Positions 51,701 through 61,757 of a stretch of DNA of 64,000 nucleotides are shown one piece after another. The stretch's first letter is position 1. Every line of letters begins with the position of its first letter. The notes beneath the pieces were generated by a model. That model was not told the origin of the DNA, ran no database searches, and was given only the letters and a program-made list of their open reading frames with translations. The translations under genes were made by a program, and so were the position numbers. This DNA comes from Candidatus Wirthbacteria bacterium (GTDB taxonomy: Bacteria; Patescibacteriota; CG2-30-54-11): positions 4,156 to 68,155 of the forward strand of contig CAISZI010000028.1 in assembly GCA_903889905.1 (NCBI GenBank). The letters are read 5' to 3'.

Positions 51701-52507
51701 GACACGCCAGCTAATTTTCAGCCTGATTTGCATGAGGGCACCCGCGCGCTGGCCAAAAAAACGCTGCAGCATGAAGGTAACCAGGAAAACCTGCCTACCA
51801 CCATGAAGGCCAATGCCGCCCGGAACCTGGGATTGCCTGTAACGGACAGTGCTAACAATACCAATACGCCGGCAGCTGTGCAGGCACTCAAGCAATCGCC
51901 CATGTCCCAACCCAACCCACTTGATACCCAACAATCCGCTGATTTACTCCAATCTGCCAATGCGATTTCCACTGATTTGGCCGCCAAAATAAAGGCTAAT
52001 GCCGCCCGGAACCAGGGATTGCCTGCGACGGACAACACCGAAATTGCCAAAACGCCGGATGCATTGCAGACACTCAAGAATACGCCCATGTCCCAACTCA
52101 AACCACTTGATACCAAACAATCCGCTGATTTACTCCAATACGCGAATGCCAATCCTAATGCGATTTCCCCTGACATGGCTGCAAAAATGGTGATGACTCT
52201 ACCGATCGAAGACCTGGGACGCATACCCCAAACTGTCTCCGCCATGGCCGAGAATCAACTGCAGCACAAAGATTCTTCGCAGCTCACGCATGCAGACATC
52301 GAACTCGCTGCCCGCGTAATTGCCGCCACGCCCAAACCCACGCTCTCCAGCCTCCAGTCAAACACGTTCAAAGTTGGTGCGCAGCTTTCTGGCCAGGATT
52401 TAAGCCAGGCCACCCGCGACCAGGTGCAGATTACCCTCTCCGCAGAACTTGAAAAAATGATCGCCCCCCAGAAGTCGCCATTGAACGATCCCGAACTCAA
52501 CACTTAA
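48791..52507 (+). CDS. Second VirB6/TrbL-like protein, with N-terminal IPT/TIG-like domain (1238 aa)
   Basis: Signal peptide; WNDTNVNFTVP; TM core PRGILALVLINLS, ILRTIAIWLMVAIAPF; paralog of 9646-15387. Confidence 0.7.
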   Translation: MPQAKPKPKLILSLLAALLVAVAVLGFAPASSHAANSPTIEPNEGYAGIPVSINASGLGTIVDKYDDTKMYVEFVDAMGTKTKATVTYPVAQNWNDTNVNFTVPSGLPNNAYDVFVVSNGNRIGPLKFHIIAYATPANVNGTPDYTSDYIIANTQSINVSDAIRQIAQGFLLPSKDTIIELGSYLQDALVLKLDLGSSDTDGSAYKKLEPIWSISHNLVNSLFLLAIVFIGIMITLRMQNRINRYWLRNIIPRGILALVLINLSLLLSQALMDFFVIFTHVIRDSFSTMPSGQQFATALLGDLRLNIFVLAMLAFYLLTIALMSCALVMMILRTIAIWLMVAIAPFVFMGVLFPFTSHAPIVWLKRFMQMLLVGPIATFLLFIGYQLSISVKADFENADLIRAFIGIATLTLLLFIPSFIGSIFDYVQKVLPTNKNTTNNTSTTTKTSNQNNQDNSTSIKNKIGLQDGSLADKIQTIKIPLTDQFQKRFQSLISGKPNISTPADSGTAAVNSAASDARQTATNASTASSSEATTTERKQGPSRDDSAGKPQIDLDRAKEQARAKNNVLFDQATPNKLFDTAPPQLVINWLNDKGKIKIVSAGLVASKGNLENNKANAIIDSQPGKQLLSDMYGNGSKDEKNASSNLISNIFLASPDRIKTIVDATGNNAPPIKQAAQTVLEAGIVRLGQRLQENPGDEKLQKAAERVVMSAPHLLSSTLANVPDQGPVLINAGIMELAATLGATLAKLTDRISPRVMFANPTPDSKEYFDVGQLASQIVVYPALQLSRLGTSHAGAQFVASAALSNTPQSTEVKQKLVGELEQSPSNISLQAIAAEIFKHTPPAAVAALPVPIATAAREYLKSPAMQQKPDPELIQQYLTATSGPDLLQHESLSGNLLKQLNLPDLLKHIGIENHDKNTLELPSKIVMASPVVELVEKQKDLFNESQKTLPYLEPQNPALAAATAVKLVADTPANFQPDLHEGTRALAKKTLQHEGNQENLPTTMKANAARNLGLPVTDSANNTNTPAAVQALKQSPMSQPNPLDTQQSADLLQSANAISTDLAAKIKANAARNQGLPATDNTEIAKTPDALQTLKNTPMSQLKPLDTKQSADLLQYANANPNAISPDMAAKMVMTLPIEDLGRIPQTVSAMAENQLQHKDSSQLTHADIELAARVIAATPKPTLSSLQSNTFKVGAQLSGQDLSQATRDQVQITLSAELEKMIAPQKSPLNDPELNT

Positions 52508-52530
52508 GCATCCATCTAAACACACGTTGC

Positions 52531-52588
52531 TCACAAACACTGGTTTGGTTTTTTCCATAACGCGGAAAAACCAAACCAGTGTTTGTGA
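52531..52588. other. ~25-bp intergenic inverted repeat
   Basis: TCACAAACACTGGTTTGGTTTTTTCC / GGAAAAACCAAACCAGTGTTTGTGA. Confidence 0.75.
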
Positions 52589-52669
52589 TTGGCAATGAAA
52601 GGACATTGCAGGTTCCCCTCAGCTATGAAATAATCCCTTTTGGCTGGTTATCAAAAAGGGAGAAACTAA

Positions 52670-55600
52670 ATGGGTTTCAAGAAATGTCTTTATCTTGCCT
52701 GCAGCGTTTGCATAGCCGGGTCCATTGCTGCCACTTTTTGGGTAACCAATCCTTTTGCGACAGAAGCGGCCAGCACGTCGGCTTACCGTTGCCAGATCAC
52801 GACCATCACTGGCAAAATCTTCAGCAGTACCAATTTGGATGGAGTGTCAGGCCAATTCAAACTTCATCTCTCCGACGACACCCATGAATTGGTCAATGCC
52901 ACGGCGCTAACCGGAAATAGCTACACAATCCCACTCACCGGCCCGGGCATCACAGCTGATACAGCCAACCAATGGTACTTGTCGCTGGCTTCAGAGGATA
53001 ATACGCCACTCCCGATTCGAATCAGCAACGAAGGACTGTTCGAAGAAATGCAAATCAGCTCTGAAGCCGACCTCAAATACAAACTCTCCCAGGAAGTACT
53101 GAATTTCTGGTGTACAAGTCAGGTTTACAACAATGGCAAACTTACCCTGAACATCAAAATTCCCGGCCTGGTGCAGGGCTGGAAACTGGACAAACCCGAT
53201 ATCACCGTCAACCTGATCAGCCGTTACAACAATCTCACCCCGGACTTGATTGCCGCCCAGCATGGCAGCATCGCCAACAAAACCGACACCAATGGCAATG
53301 CCGTCACCGCGCTGTGGGATTTTGATCCAGCGCTGGATTACTACACGATTTTACGTGACAAAAGCGGCACGTATTACCACATCAACCCGACGGGGGCGGA
53401 GGCACAAGCCATTTTTGGCACGCCACTAAGTGAAGTACTGCCAGGGCAGTATCGTATTGCGCATATCTCAAACTGGATGGTCAACAACAATCTGGTCAAA
53501 ACCAAACCGCTCGAAATCACGCTGGGTGAAGCGGTCAACACCGGTAGCGTCACCGGTACCGTGGACTCGACATCGAACTTCACCGCCAACACGCGCCTCA
53601 AAGCCTACATTGGCAACATTTTTGCCCAAAACAGTGCCCCACTTGGGACCTCGCTCAAGTCCAGCAATTATACACTGAATCCTTTGGCCAAGAGTAATAA
53701 CTATACCTTTCTGGTTTCCAGTAAAGTTAATAACACTTTCCAGTGCTACGCCATCACCCAGTACAAACTGCAGGGCACCGCTCACACCGTCCCTGCGACC
53801 CAGCCAGACCCCTGGAAATTGAATCTGAGTGGCGCTGACATGACCACTGCCGCAATCCTCGACTTGAGCATTGATGCCAACAAAACTACCGATTGCAGCA
53901 GCTATGTCAAAACAGGAAACGATAACGCACCCGGCAGCCCAGATCCGGACGATCAGGCGGGCAAACCAACCGTCCTGCCCATTTCCATACCCATGACCTC
54001 ACCTCTTGGCGAAAACCGCCAGTGCAATCCCCTGCCTGACACTGCCTATGACTGGGGGACATGGAGTGGTTTCACCAACCCGATGGGTATTCATTTGCTC
54101 AATCAAGACGACCAATCACTCCTCAATCAGGATCTCACGGCTGCCGCTCAAGTAGTCGGCCCCCGGGGTTTTATGAAAAACATCTGGTATCCGATCATGG
54201 GTTTCGTGGGTGGGAGTTGCCCGTTTGGTGACTGCGGCGTGTGGCGTAATGGCAGCGCTCCTGCCGGACAGGTTTGTGCCAGCTGGGGTGTGCGCTTTGC
54301 CGCCGTCTCGCTGTTGAGCGGTGAAATCCCCCTGATTCGCCTGGCGACCCAAAACCTCCCTGCCGGTTATTGGCAGTCCCCATCTCAGGCTGGTCTGATT
54401 CCACGTGATATCGGCAGCAATATTATTTTTTACACTGCCAACAAAGAGTTTTTGCCTGAGCGTTATAGTGGCGGTCGCCAGGGTGGAATCGAAAAAGCAC
54501 CCATCCTGTTTGAGGTATTTAACGAAGTCAACCTGCCGGGTGAATGGGGCAATGCTATTGATGCCAAAGGGTATGCCGATTTCCTGGTTGGCACGTACCA
54601 GACTTTGCATGATGCCATCAACATCGGCCGCAACCCCTTTGACGGCACCAAGCAGGATCACGATGCCAACGCCGAATACCAGAACGTTTATGTCCTAAAT
54701 GCAGGGCTCACCCCATTTAATGGCACGAATGGCAAGACGTCATTGGACTACATTCTTGACATGTACAACGCCAATAGATCATTCCTGAGTTCCTTTGACA
54801 TCTGGGCCAGCCAGGGCAAACTGAGTTCCGATGCCTCCCATTTTGTGCCACTGGAAGGTGTTTCCTATCCAAGCATCCTGACCCCCAGCGTAACCGTCAC
54901 CAACCCATTTACCGATCCCGACTACAACTGCAACAATTATCCTGCCACCGCTTCAGCTACTGACCTGCCTGGCCTGGTGGCCAAGATGAACAGCGTCATG
55001 TTGCGCGGTGGTTTTGGTTCTACCGAATACCATCCCCTGGAATACAAACTCGAACTCTGTCTGCTCAAACGCATGATGAAAATTGAAAGCCTTGGCCAAC
55101 CCCGGATTGATAACCTCAAAGCGTTCCTGGTCGAAGCCGGTTATGCCAACACAGTACCCAATGCCGCGAGCTGGACCCGCAAAGCTGCTGACGCCTGGGC
55201 GACCCAATCCGACCTAGTGGGTTGGACATTCTGGATGTGGAAACAAACCACCCTGACCCATGTCACCAACTGGGGTGACTGGGCGTGGACGGCTCCGATG
55301 ATCGCGGCGATGAATGGATTCCAGGGAGCCAAAACAACTGGGATGACGATCGTCAAAGGTGACGGCAGAAGCCAACAGTTCAGTGCTGCTACGACTCCTC
55401 CCCCGGGGGCGCCAGCGGTCAGCTCAGGCCCGGCGATTCAGCCCGACAATGCCAGCGCTCCGGCGCTGGGTACAGGCCAGGGTGCCAATAGCGGCCAGCA
55501 GGAAACACTTACCATCAACCTCGTCAATCAGACCAACAACGCTTTGAATGTGCGCCCACTCGAAGGCAACGGTACTGTTCCTAACAACGTCAACTGCAGT

Positions 55601-57142
55601 TTATTCTCGGCAAGCGGCATGCGAGTGACAGCTCAAAGCAACCCAACTAACGCCGTGGCTGTCATCAATATCACCAAAGCCAACCTTGCCTCCACGCAAA
55701 TCAGTGTGCAGCCACTAGTCGCAGCAACAGGAACCATTGGCTATGTTTACAGTCTGAGCAACCTGAGCAATGTTACAGGAACATCGTTAACGCTGACCTT
55801 CAGCCAAAGTGGTAATAGCTGGAGCCTCACTCCACCTGCGGCTAACGGAAGCCAGTTGCAGCCGCTCACACCCACTTGTACCGGACTTACCGTAGGCACC
55901 CAGACCGGCAATCTGTTGATCTCCACTTTACGCAACTTGCCCCATCTGTTTGACACAGCCTTTGCCGATATCAATCAAGCCGCACGCATGCCCTGGGGAA
56001 CGACCGCCAGTGGTGAACTGTTTTTACAACCAACAGACAAAGCCGTTGTCCTGGAACTCAAACAATCCAAGTCCGCCTTCAAAACTCTCGATTTTGACTA
56101 TCGGGCACCGCTTGCAACGAGTCCTGCCATGACATTTCAGGTACTTATTTCCACGGCTGACTCAACCAGCATTGCCTACACACCCAAAACCGGCAGCACT
56201 TCACCGGGCCTCTGGATCAGTGCCAATGACCAAAACGGCACCTCCAAGTCTGGCTTTACCCAGGATGGCAAAATCGACTTGTCTTCCTTTCTGGGCCAGG
56301 ACATTGCGATTCGCTTTGTGGCATCCTACCCGGACAAACATGCACCCACTTCTATAGATCTCCCCAATCATGCTCTTTTCCTGCGCCAGGTTCTTTTTCA
56401 TGCCAATGATGCCAGCACCGGTCTTGCCTACTTCAACACCACCAGCAGCCTGCAAACCATTAGCCTCTTTAACAGCCAGGTACGGTCTTACTTGAGTACT
56501 GATCCAACCTTACCCGGCGACGCGGCGGTGACAACCCTTGATGACCTCGTGTCTGCAGGCATTGGTACTCCTGATGGCGCGGGCAAAAACCAGCATGGTC
56601 AGGTGAGCCATCAAATGACAGGTTCTCTCTGCGATCAGGTACATGAGAATGTCTGGGGCCTTACGCCCAACACCTCAACGGACGCGACGTACATTGATTT
56701 TGATTTCAGCAAACAATCCGGTTCCACAGTACAGGGCATGTCCTTTGGTACTGGCGGTGATTGCGGGAGTGGCCCCACAGACAACACCAAACTGACGATC
56801 GCAGCCATCATGCTCGACAACAATGGTATTCCTGACCCGACCCAGACACACATTCTCTGGAGCCGTGACCGTTTCAGCTCCTGGCAATCTGACTACCTTG
56901 ATTTGCAGCAGTATCAGGGCCACAAATTCATCCTGCGCATCTCCGCCGCTGCCCTTAGTGACACTAAGGTTACGACCGCCTTTATTGACAAACTGCGCAT
57001 CAGCCACGGAGACCTCTCTGGTGCTGTGGGGGCGCTCATCCCGAGTCTTGGCATTGTCACGTTTATCCTGCCCATCATCGGGTTGATCCTGCTGGTTGGC
57101 CTGTTGGCCGGTTGGTTGATCACACGCCGCAAACGCAAATAA
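52670..57142 (+). CDS. Large exported, C-terminally anchored protein with a putative clan GH-A glycoside hydrolase domain
   Basis: Signal peptide; FEVFNEVN and FLVEAGY as acid/base and nucleophile-like motifs; C-terminal TM helix plus RRKRK. Confidence 0.65.
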   Translation: MGFKKCLYLACSVCIAGSIAATFWVTNPFATEAASTSAYRCQITTITGKIFSSTNLDGVSGQFKLHLSDDTHELVNATALTGNSYTIPLTGPGITADTANQWYLSLASEDNTPLPIRISNEGLFEEMQISSEADLKYKLSQEVLNFWCTSQVYNNGKLTLNIKIPGLVQGWKLDKPDITVNLISRYNNLTPDLIAAQHGSIANKTDTNGNAVTALWDFDPALDYYTILRDKSGTYYHINPTGAEAQAIFGTPLSEVLPGQYRIAHISNWMVNNNLVKTKPLEITLGEAVNTGSVTGTVDSTSNFTANTRLKAYIGNIFAQNSAPLGTSLKSSNYTLNPLAKSNNYTFLVSSKVNNTFQCYAITQYKLQGTAHTVPATQPDPWKLNLSGADMTTAAILDLSIDANKTTDCSSYVKTGNDNAPGSPDPDDQAGKPTVLPISIPMTSPLGENRQCNPLPDTAYDWGTWSGFTNPMGIHLLNQDDQSLLNQDLTAAAQVVGPRGFMKNIWYPIMGFVGGSCPFGDCGVWRNGSAPAGQVCASWGVRFAAVSLLSGEIPLIRLATQNLPAGYWQSPSQAGLIPRDIGSNIIFYTANKEFLPERYSGGRQGGIEKAPILFEVFNEVNLPGEWGNAIDAKGYADFLVGTYQTLHDAINIGRNPFDGTKQDHDANAEYQNVYVLNAGLTPFNGTNGKTSLDYILDMYNANRSFLSSFDIWASQGKLSSDASHFVPLEGVSYPSILTPSVTVTNPFTDPDYNCNNYPATASATDLPGLVAKMNSVMLRGGFGSTEYHPLEYKLELCLLKRMMKIESLGQPRIDNLKAFLVEAGYANTVPNAASWTRKAADAWATQSDLVGWTFWMWKQTTLTHVTNWGDWAWTAPMIAAMNGFQGAKTTGMTIVKGDGRSQQFSAATTPPPGAPAVSSGPAIQPDNASAPALGTGQGANSGQQETLTINLVNQTNNALNVRPLEGNGTVPNNVNCSLFSASGMRVTAQSNPTNAVAVINITKANLASTQISVQPLVAATGTIGYVYSLSNLSNVTGTSLTLTFSQSGNSWSLTPPAANGSQLQPLTPTCTGLTVGTQTGNLLISTLRNLPHLFDTAFADINQAARMPWGTTASGELFLQPTDKAVVLELKQSKSAFKTLDFDYRAPLATSPAMTFQVLISTADSTSIAYTPKTGSTSPGLWISANDQNGTSKSGFTQDGKIDLSSFLGQDIAIRFVASYPDKHAPTSIDLPNHALFLRQVLFHANDASTGLAYFNTTSSLQTISLFNSQVRSYLSTDPTLPGDAAVTTLDDLVSAGIGTPDGAGKNQHGQVSHQMTGSLCDQVHENVWGLTPNTSTDATYIDFDFSKQSGSTVQGMSFGTGGDCGSGPTDNTKLTIAAIMLDNNGIPDPTQTHILWSRDRFSSWQSDYLDLQQYQGHKFILRISAAALSDTKVTTAFIDKLRISHGDLSGAVGALIPSLGIVTFILPIIGLILLVGLLAGWLITRRKRK

Positions 57143-57167
57143 ATCTCCTCTGCCTCTCCGTCTGTCC

Positions 57168-57201
57168 AAAAAAGTCCACCAATAGTATTGGTGGACTTTT
57201 T
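57168..57201. terminator. Bidirectional rho-independent terminator
   Basis: AAAAAAGTCCACCAATAGTATTGGTGGACTTTTT between convergent genes. Confidence 0.85.
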
Positions 57202-57223
57202 GATTAACCTGACTAAGTGGCGG

Positions 57224-57871
57224 CTATTTTTTGGTTTTGTTCCAGTCAGCCAAAAATTTTTCCAGTCCGGCGTCGGTCAACTGATGTTTAATCATTTGTT
57301 TAAACACTTTGTATGGGATGGTAGCCACGTGTGAGCCAACCAAAGCGGCATCGGTGACATGTTTGACGGAACGGATACTGGCGGCGATCACCTGGGTATC
57401 CAAATCATGGGTTTCAAAAATCGCCACAATATCCGATACAAGTTGAATGCCGTCTTCACCAATATCCTCCATCCGCCCCAGGAACGGGCTGCAATACGTC
57501 GCTCCGGCTCGCGCCACCAGCAACGCCTGGGCAGGCGAAAAAATCAGTGTTGCATTGATCTTGATTCCTTCTTTGGACAATACGGCAATGGCTTTGAGGC
57601 CTTCGGGAATGGTCGGAATTTTGACCACAATATTGGGGTGCCACTTGGCGTACTCGCGGCCTTCTTTGATCATGCCAGCGGCATCCGTACTTACCACTTC
57701 CGCACTGATAGCACCATCCACAATTCCGGTAATTTCCGTGATCAGTGTCTTGAAATCTTTACCCGATTCCTTGGAGATCAACGACGGATTAGTCGTTACC
57801 CCGGCGAGCACTCCCCAGCTGGCAATTTCCTTGATCTCGTCGATGTTGGCTGTGTCGATGAAGAATTTCAT
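57224..57871 (-). CDS. fsa: Transaldolase / fructose-6-phosphate aldolase (short type)
   Basis: FFIDTAN, GVTTNPS, VVKIP, SPFLGR, AASIR. Confidence 0.93.
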   Translation of the reverse strand: MKFFIDTANIDEIKEIASWGVLAGVTTNPSLISKESGKDFKTLITEITGIVDGAISAEVVSTDAAGMIKEGREYAKWHPNIVVKIPTIPEGLKAIAVLSKEGIKINATLIFSPAQALLVARAGATYCSPFLGRMEDIGEDGIQLVSDIVAIFETHDLDTQVIAASIRSVKHVTDAALVGSHVATIPYKVFKQMIKHQLTDAGLEKFLADWNKTKK

Positions 57872-57896
57872 CCTACGCTCCGATTAAAAAATAAAA

Positions 57897-57995
57897 TCTT
57901 CCTCTCCCCCTTGGGGGGAAAGCCAGAGAGAGGGAAAAAGACTTAAGCATTCCCCTCTCCTTATTTCTCCCCCAAAGGGGCAGACAATTGAGGGA
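57897..57995. repeat. Repeat family B, composite hairpins
   Basis: CTCCCCCTTGGGGGGA...GAGAGAGGG and CCCCTCTCC...CCCCCAAAGGGG. Confidence 0.5.
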
Positions 57996-58508
57996 CTACT
58001 TTCCCTGCTTCACCAGCGTGATCACCTCTTTCCAATCCTTGGGCAATAACGGTTCCATGAATGCCGTGGCATTCAGACTGATTTTGACAATCTGCGACTG
58101 GCTTGCTTGTTCTTTCTGGCCGTTCCACAATGGGAAATTGGCCATAATAAACGTCAGCGTCCCCACCACAATCAAACCAATCAGCAACCCCAGCAATGCT
58201 CCACCGACATGTTTCAAAAACCCCACCAGCGGTATCTCAGTCAGTACGTTGACCAAGCCCAATAGTAAATTTCCCACGATGTTGAGCACGACAAAAAACA
58301 ACAAAAAAATCACCTGATGAAACACATTGCTGGTCCCCTGGTTTGCCCCGCCCAGGCCTGCGCCGATGATGCTGGAAGCGTGGGAAGCAATCAGCGCCGA
58401 CAGCACCACGACAACCACCCCGCCAATCATCAGCAGTAGTCCCCGCCAGAATCCCCAGAGCACAGCAATCGTAATAATCAGCATAAATACAACATCGAAC
58501 AAGTTCAT
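57996..58508 (-). CDS. cvpA: CvpA (colicin V production) family membrane protein
   Basis: MNLFD...GFWRG, four TM helices, GGALLGLL. Confidence 0.8.
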   Translation of the reverse strand: MNLFDVVFMLIITIAVLWGFWRGLLLMIGGVVVVVLSALIASHASSIIGAGLGGANQGTSNVFHQVIFLLFFVVLNIVGNLLLGLVNVLTEIPLVGFLKHVGGALLGLLIGLIVVGTLTFIMANFPLWNGQKEQASQSQIVKISLNATAFMEPLLPKDWKEVITLVKQGK

Positions 58509-58634
58509 TTTGGTTTCCTCAATAGGCTGACCCGATCATATCGGTTTTGGGATGTTTGGGCAAATATCCCACGTTTACGCTCCTGTCATTTGGGCTTATA
58601 CTAAGATAGCTTTGTTTTTGACCGAACTGACCGC

Positions 58635-59399
58635 ATGCCTTTTTTGACCCATCTATTATTCTCCCTCTGTTACCAGCCGTTTGCCAATTTGCTGGTTTGG
58701 TTGCAGTCGCTGTTGCCGTCAAATGCCAGTTTTGGCTGGACCGTGATTCTGGTTGCAGTGGTGATCAAGCTGTTCACCAGCCCGTATCTGCTGGAACGCA
58801 GCCTCAGCCTGAGCCAACGTGAAGCCCTGGCCAAAGCGATTGAGGACATTGACGCCCGCTATGCCAAAGACCCCGACATGCGCCGCAAGCTGACCCGCCA
58901 TCTGATCAACGAAAACCGTTTTTCGGTGTTTGTCTCGGGCTTTATTTTTGTCATTCAACTGCTGGTGGGGATTGCCATCCTGGAACTATTTGCCAATGAC
59001 TTGTTTCACACTGACCGTTTTCTCTACAGTTACATGACCCAACCCGACAGTATTGTCTCCAAGTTCCTGTGGGCTGATCTCACGCAACCCAACTTTATTT
59101 TTGCCATTATCGCCTCTATCACCCTGCTTTTGCAACTGACTTCCAATCAGCTCCTGGCTGGCATTGGCTTTGGCCGCAATGACAAATTTCTGCAATACGC
59201 CGTACCGGTTGCCGCGTACATCATCCTGATCCAAACACCCGCGGCGCTTAGCCTGTTTGTTTTCACCAACGCCTTTACGACGCTGCTTACGCTGTTTGGT
59301 TACCAGACAATCAGGGGATTTGGCGCCAAACCCAGCCAAGCCGATACGGATGAGTTCGACAAACTGTTTCCTCAGGAATCTGTTCCACCCAAACTCTAA
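58635..59399 (+). CDS. yidC: YidC/Oxa1 family insertase (divergent)
   Basis: YQPFANLL, FGWTVIL..VIKL..P, FLWADLTQP, PAALSLF. Confidence 0.7.
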   Translation: MPFLTHLLFSLCYQPFANLLVWLQSLLPSNASFGWTVILVAVVIKLFTSPYLLERSLSLSQREALAKAIEDIDARYAKDPDMRRKLTRHLINENRFSVFVSGFIFVIQLLVGIAILELFANDLFHTDRFLYSYMTQPDSIVSKFLWADLTQPNFIFAIIASITLLLQLTSNQLLAGIGFGRNDKFLQYAVPVAAYIILIQTPAALSLFVFTNAFTTLLTLFGYQTIRGFGAKPSQADTDEFDKLFPQESVPPKL

Positions 59400-59410
59400 G
59401 ATTACCACCT

Positions 59411-60133
59411 ATGCAAATTCTGGCGTTTTCCGACCTCCACGGTCGTCATGAAATTTTTGACAAACTGACCCCCCGCCTTAACTGGTCAACACTCGACGTG
59501 ATTGCAGCCTGTGGTGATTTGACTCAATTTGGTGACTTTGCCGATGCGACAGCGATCGTCAATAAACTGCAAACCCTTAGCCAGGCCGAGGTATTTACCA
59601 TCCACGGCAACTGCGATCCAAGTGAAGTACTACTCGCGATGCAGGCCTCGGGTACAGCTTTACACCAGCGAACTACCCATGTTCAAAACCAGCGTTTCTT
59701 TGGCTACGGCAATGTGCCTCCCACGCCCTTTGGCACACGCAACGAACTGTTGGAATCAGACATCCTGCGCGACCTCGAAAATGTTGAGCCCTTTGACATC
59801 GGCCTCTTTCACGCACCTGCCTACCAGATCAATGACGAACCACGTCCTGGCCTGCACGGAGGCTGTCACGCCATCCGCGACCTGATTCAACGCGCCAAAC
59901 CAAAACTCATGCTGCACGGCCATATCCACGAAGGATGCGGATACACGATTTATGATTATGCAAAACAAAAGGTAATCGAAGCACACAAATTCAGCGACCA
60001 AAACGAGATTCACCCCTTGCAGCTACTCCCGCACTGGGGCGTCATTATCAATCTGGCGGCTGCCAAAAATGGCGCGGTGCAGGTGATTGAGCTTGAGGGT
60101 GATCGGGTGAGCATTGAACGGATCGTGGTCTAA
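59411..60133 (+). CDS. Calcineurin-like metallophosphoesterase
   Basis: SDLHG, GDL, GNCD, HGHIHE. Confidence 0.9.
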   Translation: MQILAFSDLHGRHEIFDKLTPRLNWSTLDVIAACGDLTQFGDFADATAIVNKLQTLSQAEVFTIHGNCDPSEVLLAMQASGTALHQRTTHVQNQRFFGYGNVPPTPFGTRNELLESDILRDLENVEPFDIGLFHAPAYQINDEPRPGLHGGCHAIRDLIQRAKPKLMLHGHIHEGCGYTIYDYAKQKVIEAHKFSDQNEIHPLQLLPHWGVIINLAAAKNGAVQVIELEGDRVSIERIVV

Positions 60134-60138
60134 CGTTA

Positions 60139-61671
60139 CTACTTTTGCTGGCTACCCAACTGTAATTTTTTCAATGATTTGTTACCCCCTGGTGTCGGGT
60201 ACCTGCCCGTGAAGCAACCCAGACAAAAATCTTCTTTTCTGAGCCCATGTGCACCGGCCACGCCACGCACCATATCATCGACGGTATTGTAGGCCAGTGA
60301 GTCCGCACCGATTTCTTTGCGGATTTCCTCCAGCGGCCGGTTGTTGGACGCGATCAATTCGCTCAGTGTGGGCATGTTGATACCATAAAAACACGGGAAA
60401 CGGCTCGGTGCTGCGGCGACTCGCATGTGCACTTTGGTGGCTTTGGTCTGTTCACGGATGTACTGGATCAGTTGTTTGGAGGTGCTGCCACGCACGATGC
60501 TGTCGTCGACCAGGATCAGTTCCTTGCCCTCGAGGTAGTGCGGCGTCAGGTCAAACTTGCCGCGAATTACCTGGTGTCGGCTATGATACCCAAAGTCCGC
60601 GATAAACGACCTGGACTCGCTGACTTTGACCAGCGCATCAAAACGTGGCAAAAATTTACCCGTCCGGTCAAATGTCCCGTGCTGATAGCCATCACACATG
60701 CCAATCGCTGTCCCCGGAACCGGTGCCGTGACCATATCATCATTAATCGTCATTTTCTCCGCCTTGGCCAGATGATAACCCAGTGAACCGCGGGCGCGCT
60801 GCACCAGTCGGTCACCAAACGTGGATGCGGCATTCATGAAATAAACGTATTCAAAAATGCAGTGCGCCTTGCGCGGTGAGGTGGCGTACTTCACTTTTTT
60901 GACCGTCTTGCCATCGCTGTAGATGAAATACCCTGGTGGAACTTCGTGGACATCGTCAATCGAAATACCCCGGATGGCACTGTCTTCACCACTTACGACC
61001 AGCGTGTTTTCGTGTACGGCATAGCTCAGAGGATGAAAACCCATGGGATCCCTGAGCGCGATGAAATGGCCGTTGGCATCCATGAACAAAATATTGTAAG
61101 CACCATCAAAAGTCTCAGCCAGCGTGGCAAAAATACGTTTAAAATCGAGCAGTGTGGTGGGTTTCTTGAGTTTGTTGAGTTCGAGCGAGAGGAAAATTTT
61201 GATCATCTCGGTATCGACATCAGTCTTGAAATAGTAGTTGCCGTCTTTTTTGTCCATGATCTTTTGTTTGATTTCGTCGTCGTTGTTGATGTTGCCGTTG
61301 AAACAAAAAGTGAACTCCTTCCATTTACGGTTGTGTTCGCGCACATACGGCTGGGCAAAGTTACGGATGGCATTGTCATCGTTGGTCTGGCCCGAGGTGG
61401 CATAGCGATTATGGCCAATGGCTGCGACAGATTTGAAATCATCCAGAAATTTTTCATTGCGATAACTACCCATTTCGCCAAAAAATTCCTTGACCGTGCC
61501 GCGCCCTTTGTGGACCTCAAGTCGATTAAAACCACTCGGGTTGTACCGCGCCATGCCGGTCGACAGGTCACCCCGGTTCTGCAGCCGCGCCAGCAGCATG
61601 TTCACCATCATCGGCGTACGCTTGGATGGTTCGTCAGAATTCAATAGGTAAACGCCAGCGATTCCGCACAT
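60139..61671 (-). CDS. purF: Amidophosphoribosyltransferase
   Basis: MCGI Ntn start, GHNRYATSG, LVDDSIVRG, PCFYG, CLGC. Confidence 0.95.
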   Translation of the reverse strand: MCGIAGVYLLNSDEPSKRTPMMVNMLLARLQNRGDLSTGMARYNPSGFNRLEVHKGRGTVKEFFGEMGSYRNEKFLDDFKSVAAIGHNRYATSGQTNDDNAIRNFAQPYVREHNRKWKEFTFCFNGNINNDDEIKQKIMDKKDGNYYFKTDVDTEMIKIFLSLELNKLKKPTTLLDFKRIFATLAETFDGAYNILFMDANGHFIALRDPMGFHPLSYAVHENTLVVSGEDSAIRGISIDDVHEVPPGYFIYSDGKTVKKVKYATSPRKAHCIFEYVYFMNAASTFGDRLVQRARGSLGYHLAKAEKMTINDDMVTAPVPGTAIGMCDGYQHGTFDRTGKFLPRFDALVKVSESRSFIADFGYHSRHQVIRGKFDLTPHYLEGKELILVDDSIVRGSTSKQLIQYIREQTKATKVHMRVAAAPSRFPCFYGINMPTLSELIASNNRPLEEIRKEIGADSLAYNTVDDMVRGVAGAHGLRKEDFCLGCFTGRYPTPGGNKSLKKLQLGSQQK

Positions 61672-61677
61672 AAGAAA

Positions 61678-61757
61678 ACCCTCCTTTATCCTCCCTTGCA
61701 AGGAGGAAAGACAAAATGCTCCTACCCCCTATGTAAAGGGGGTGCAGGGGGATTTAT
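61678..61757. repeat. Repeat family B, composite hairpins
   Basis: CCTCCCTTGCAAGGAGG and CCCCCTATGTAAAGGGGGTGCAGGGGG. Confidence 0.5.
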
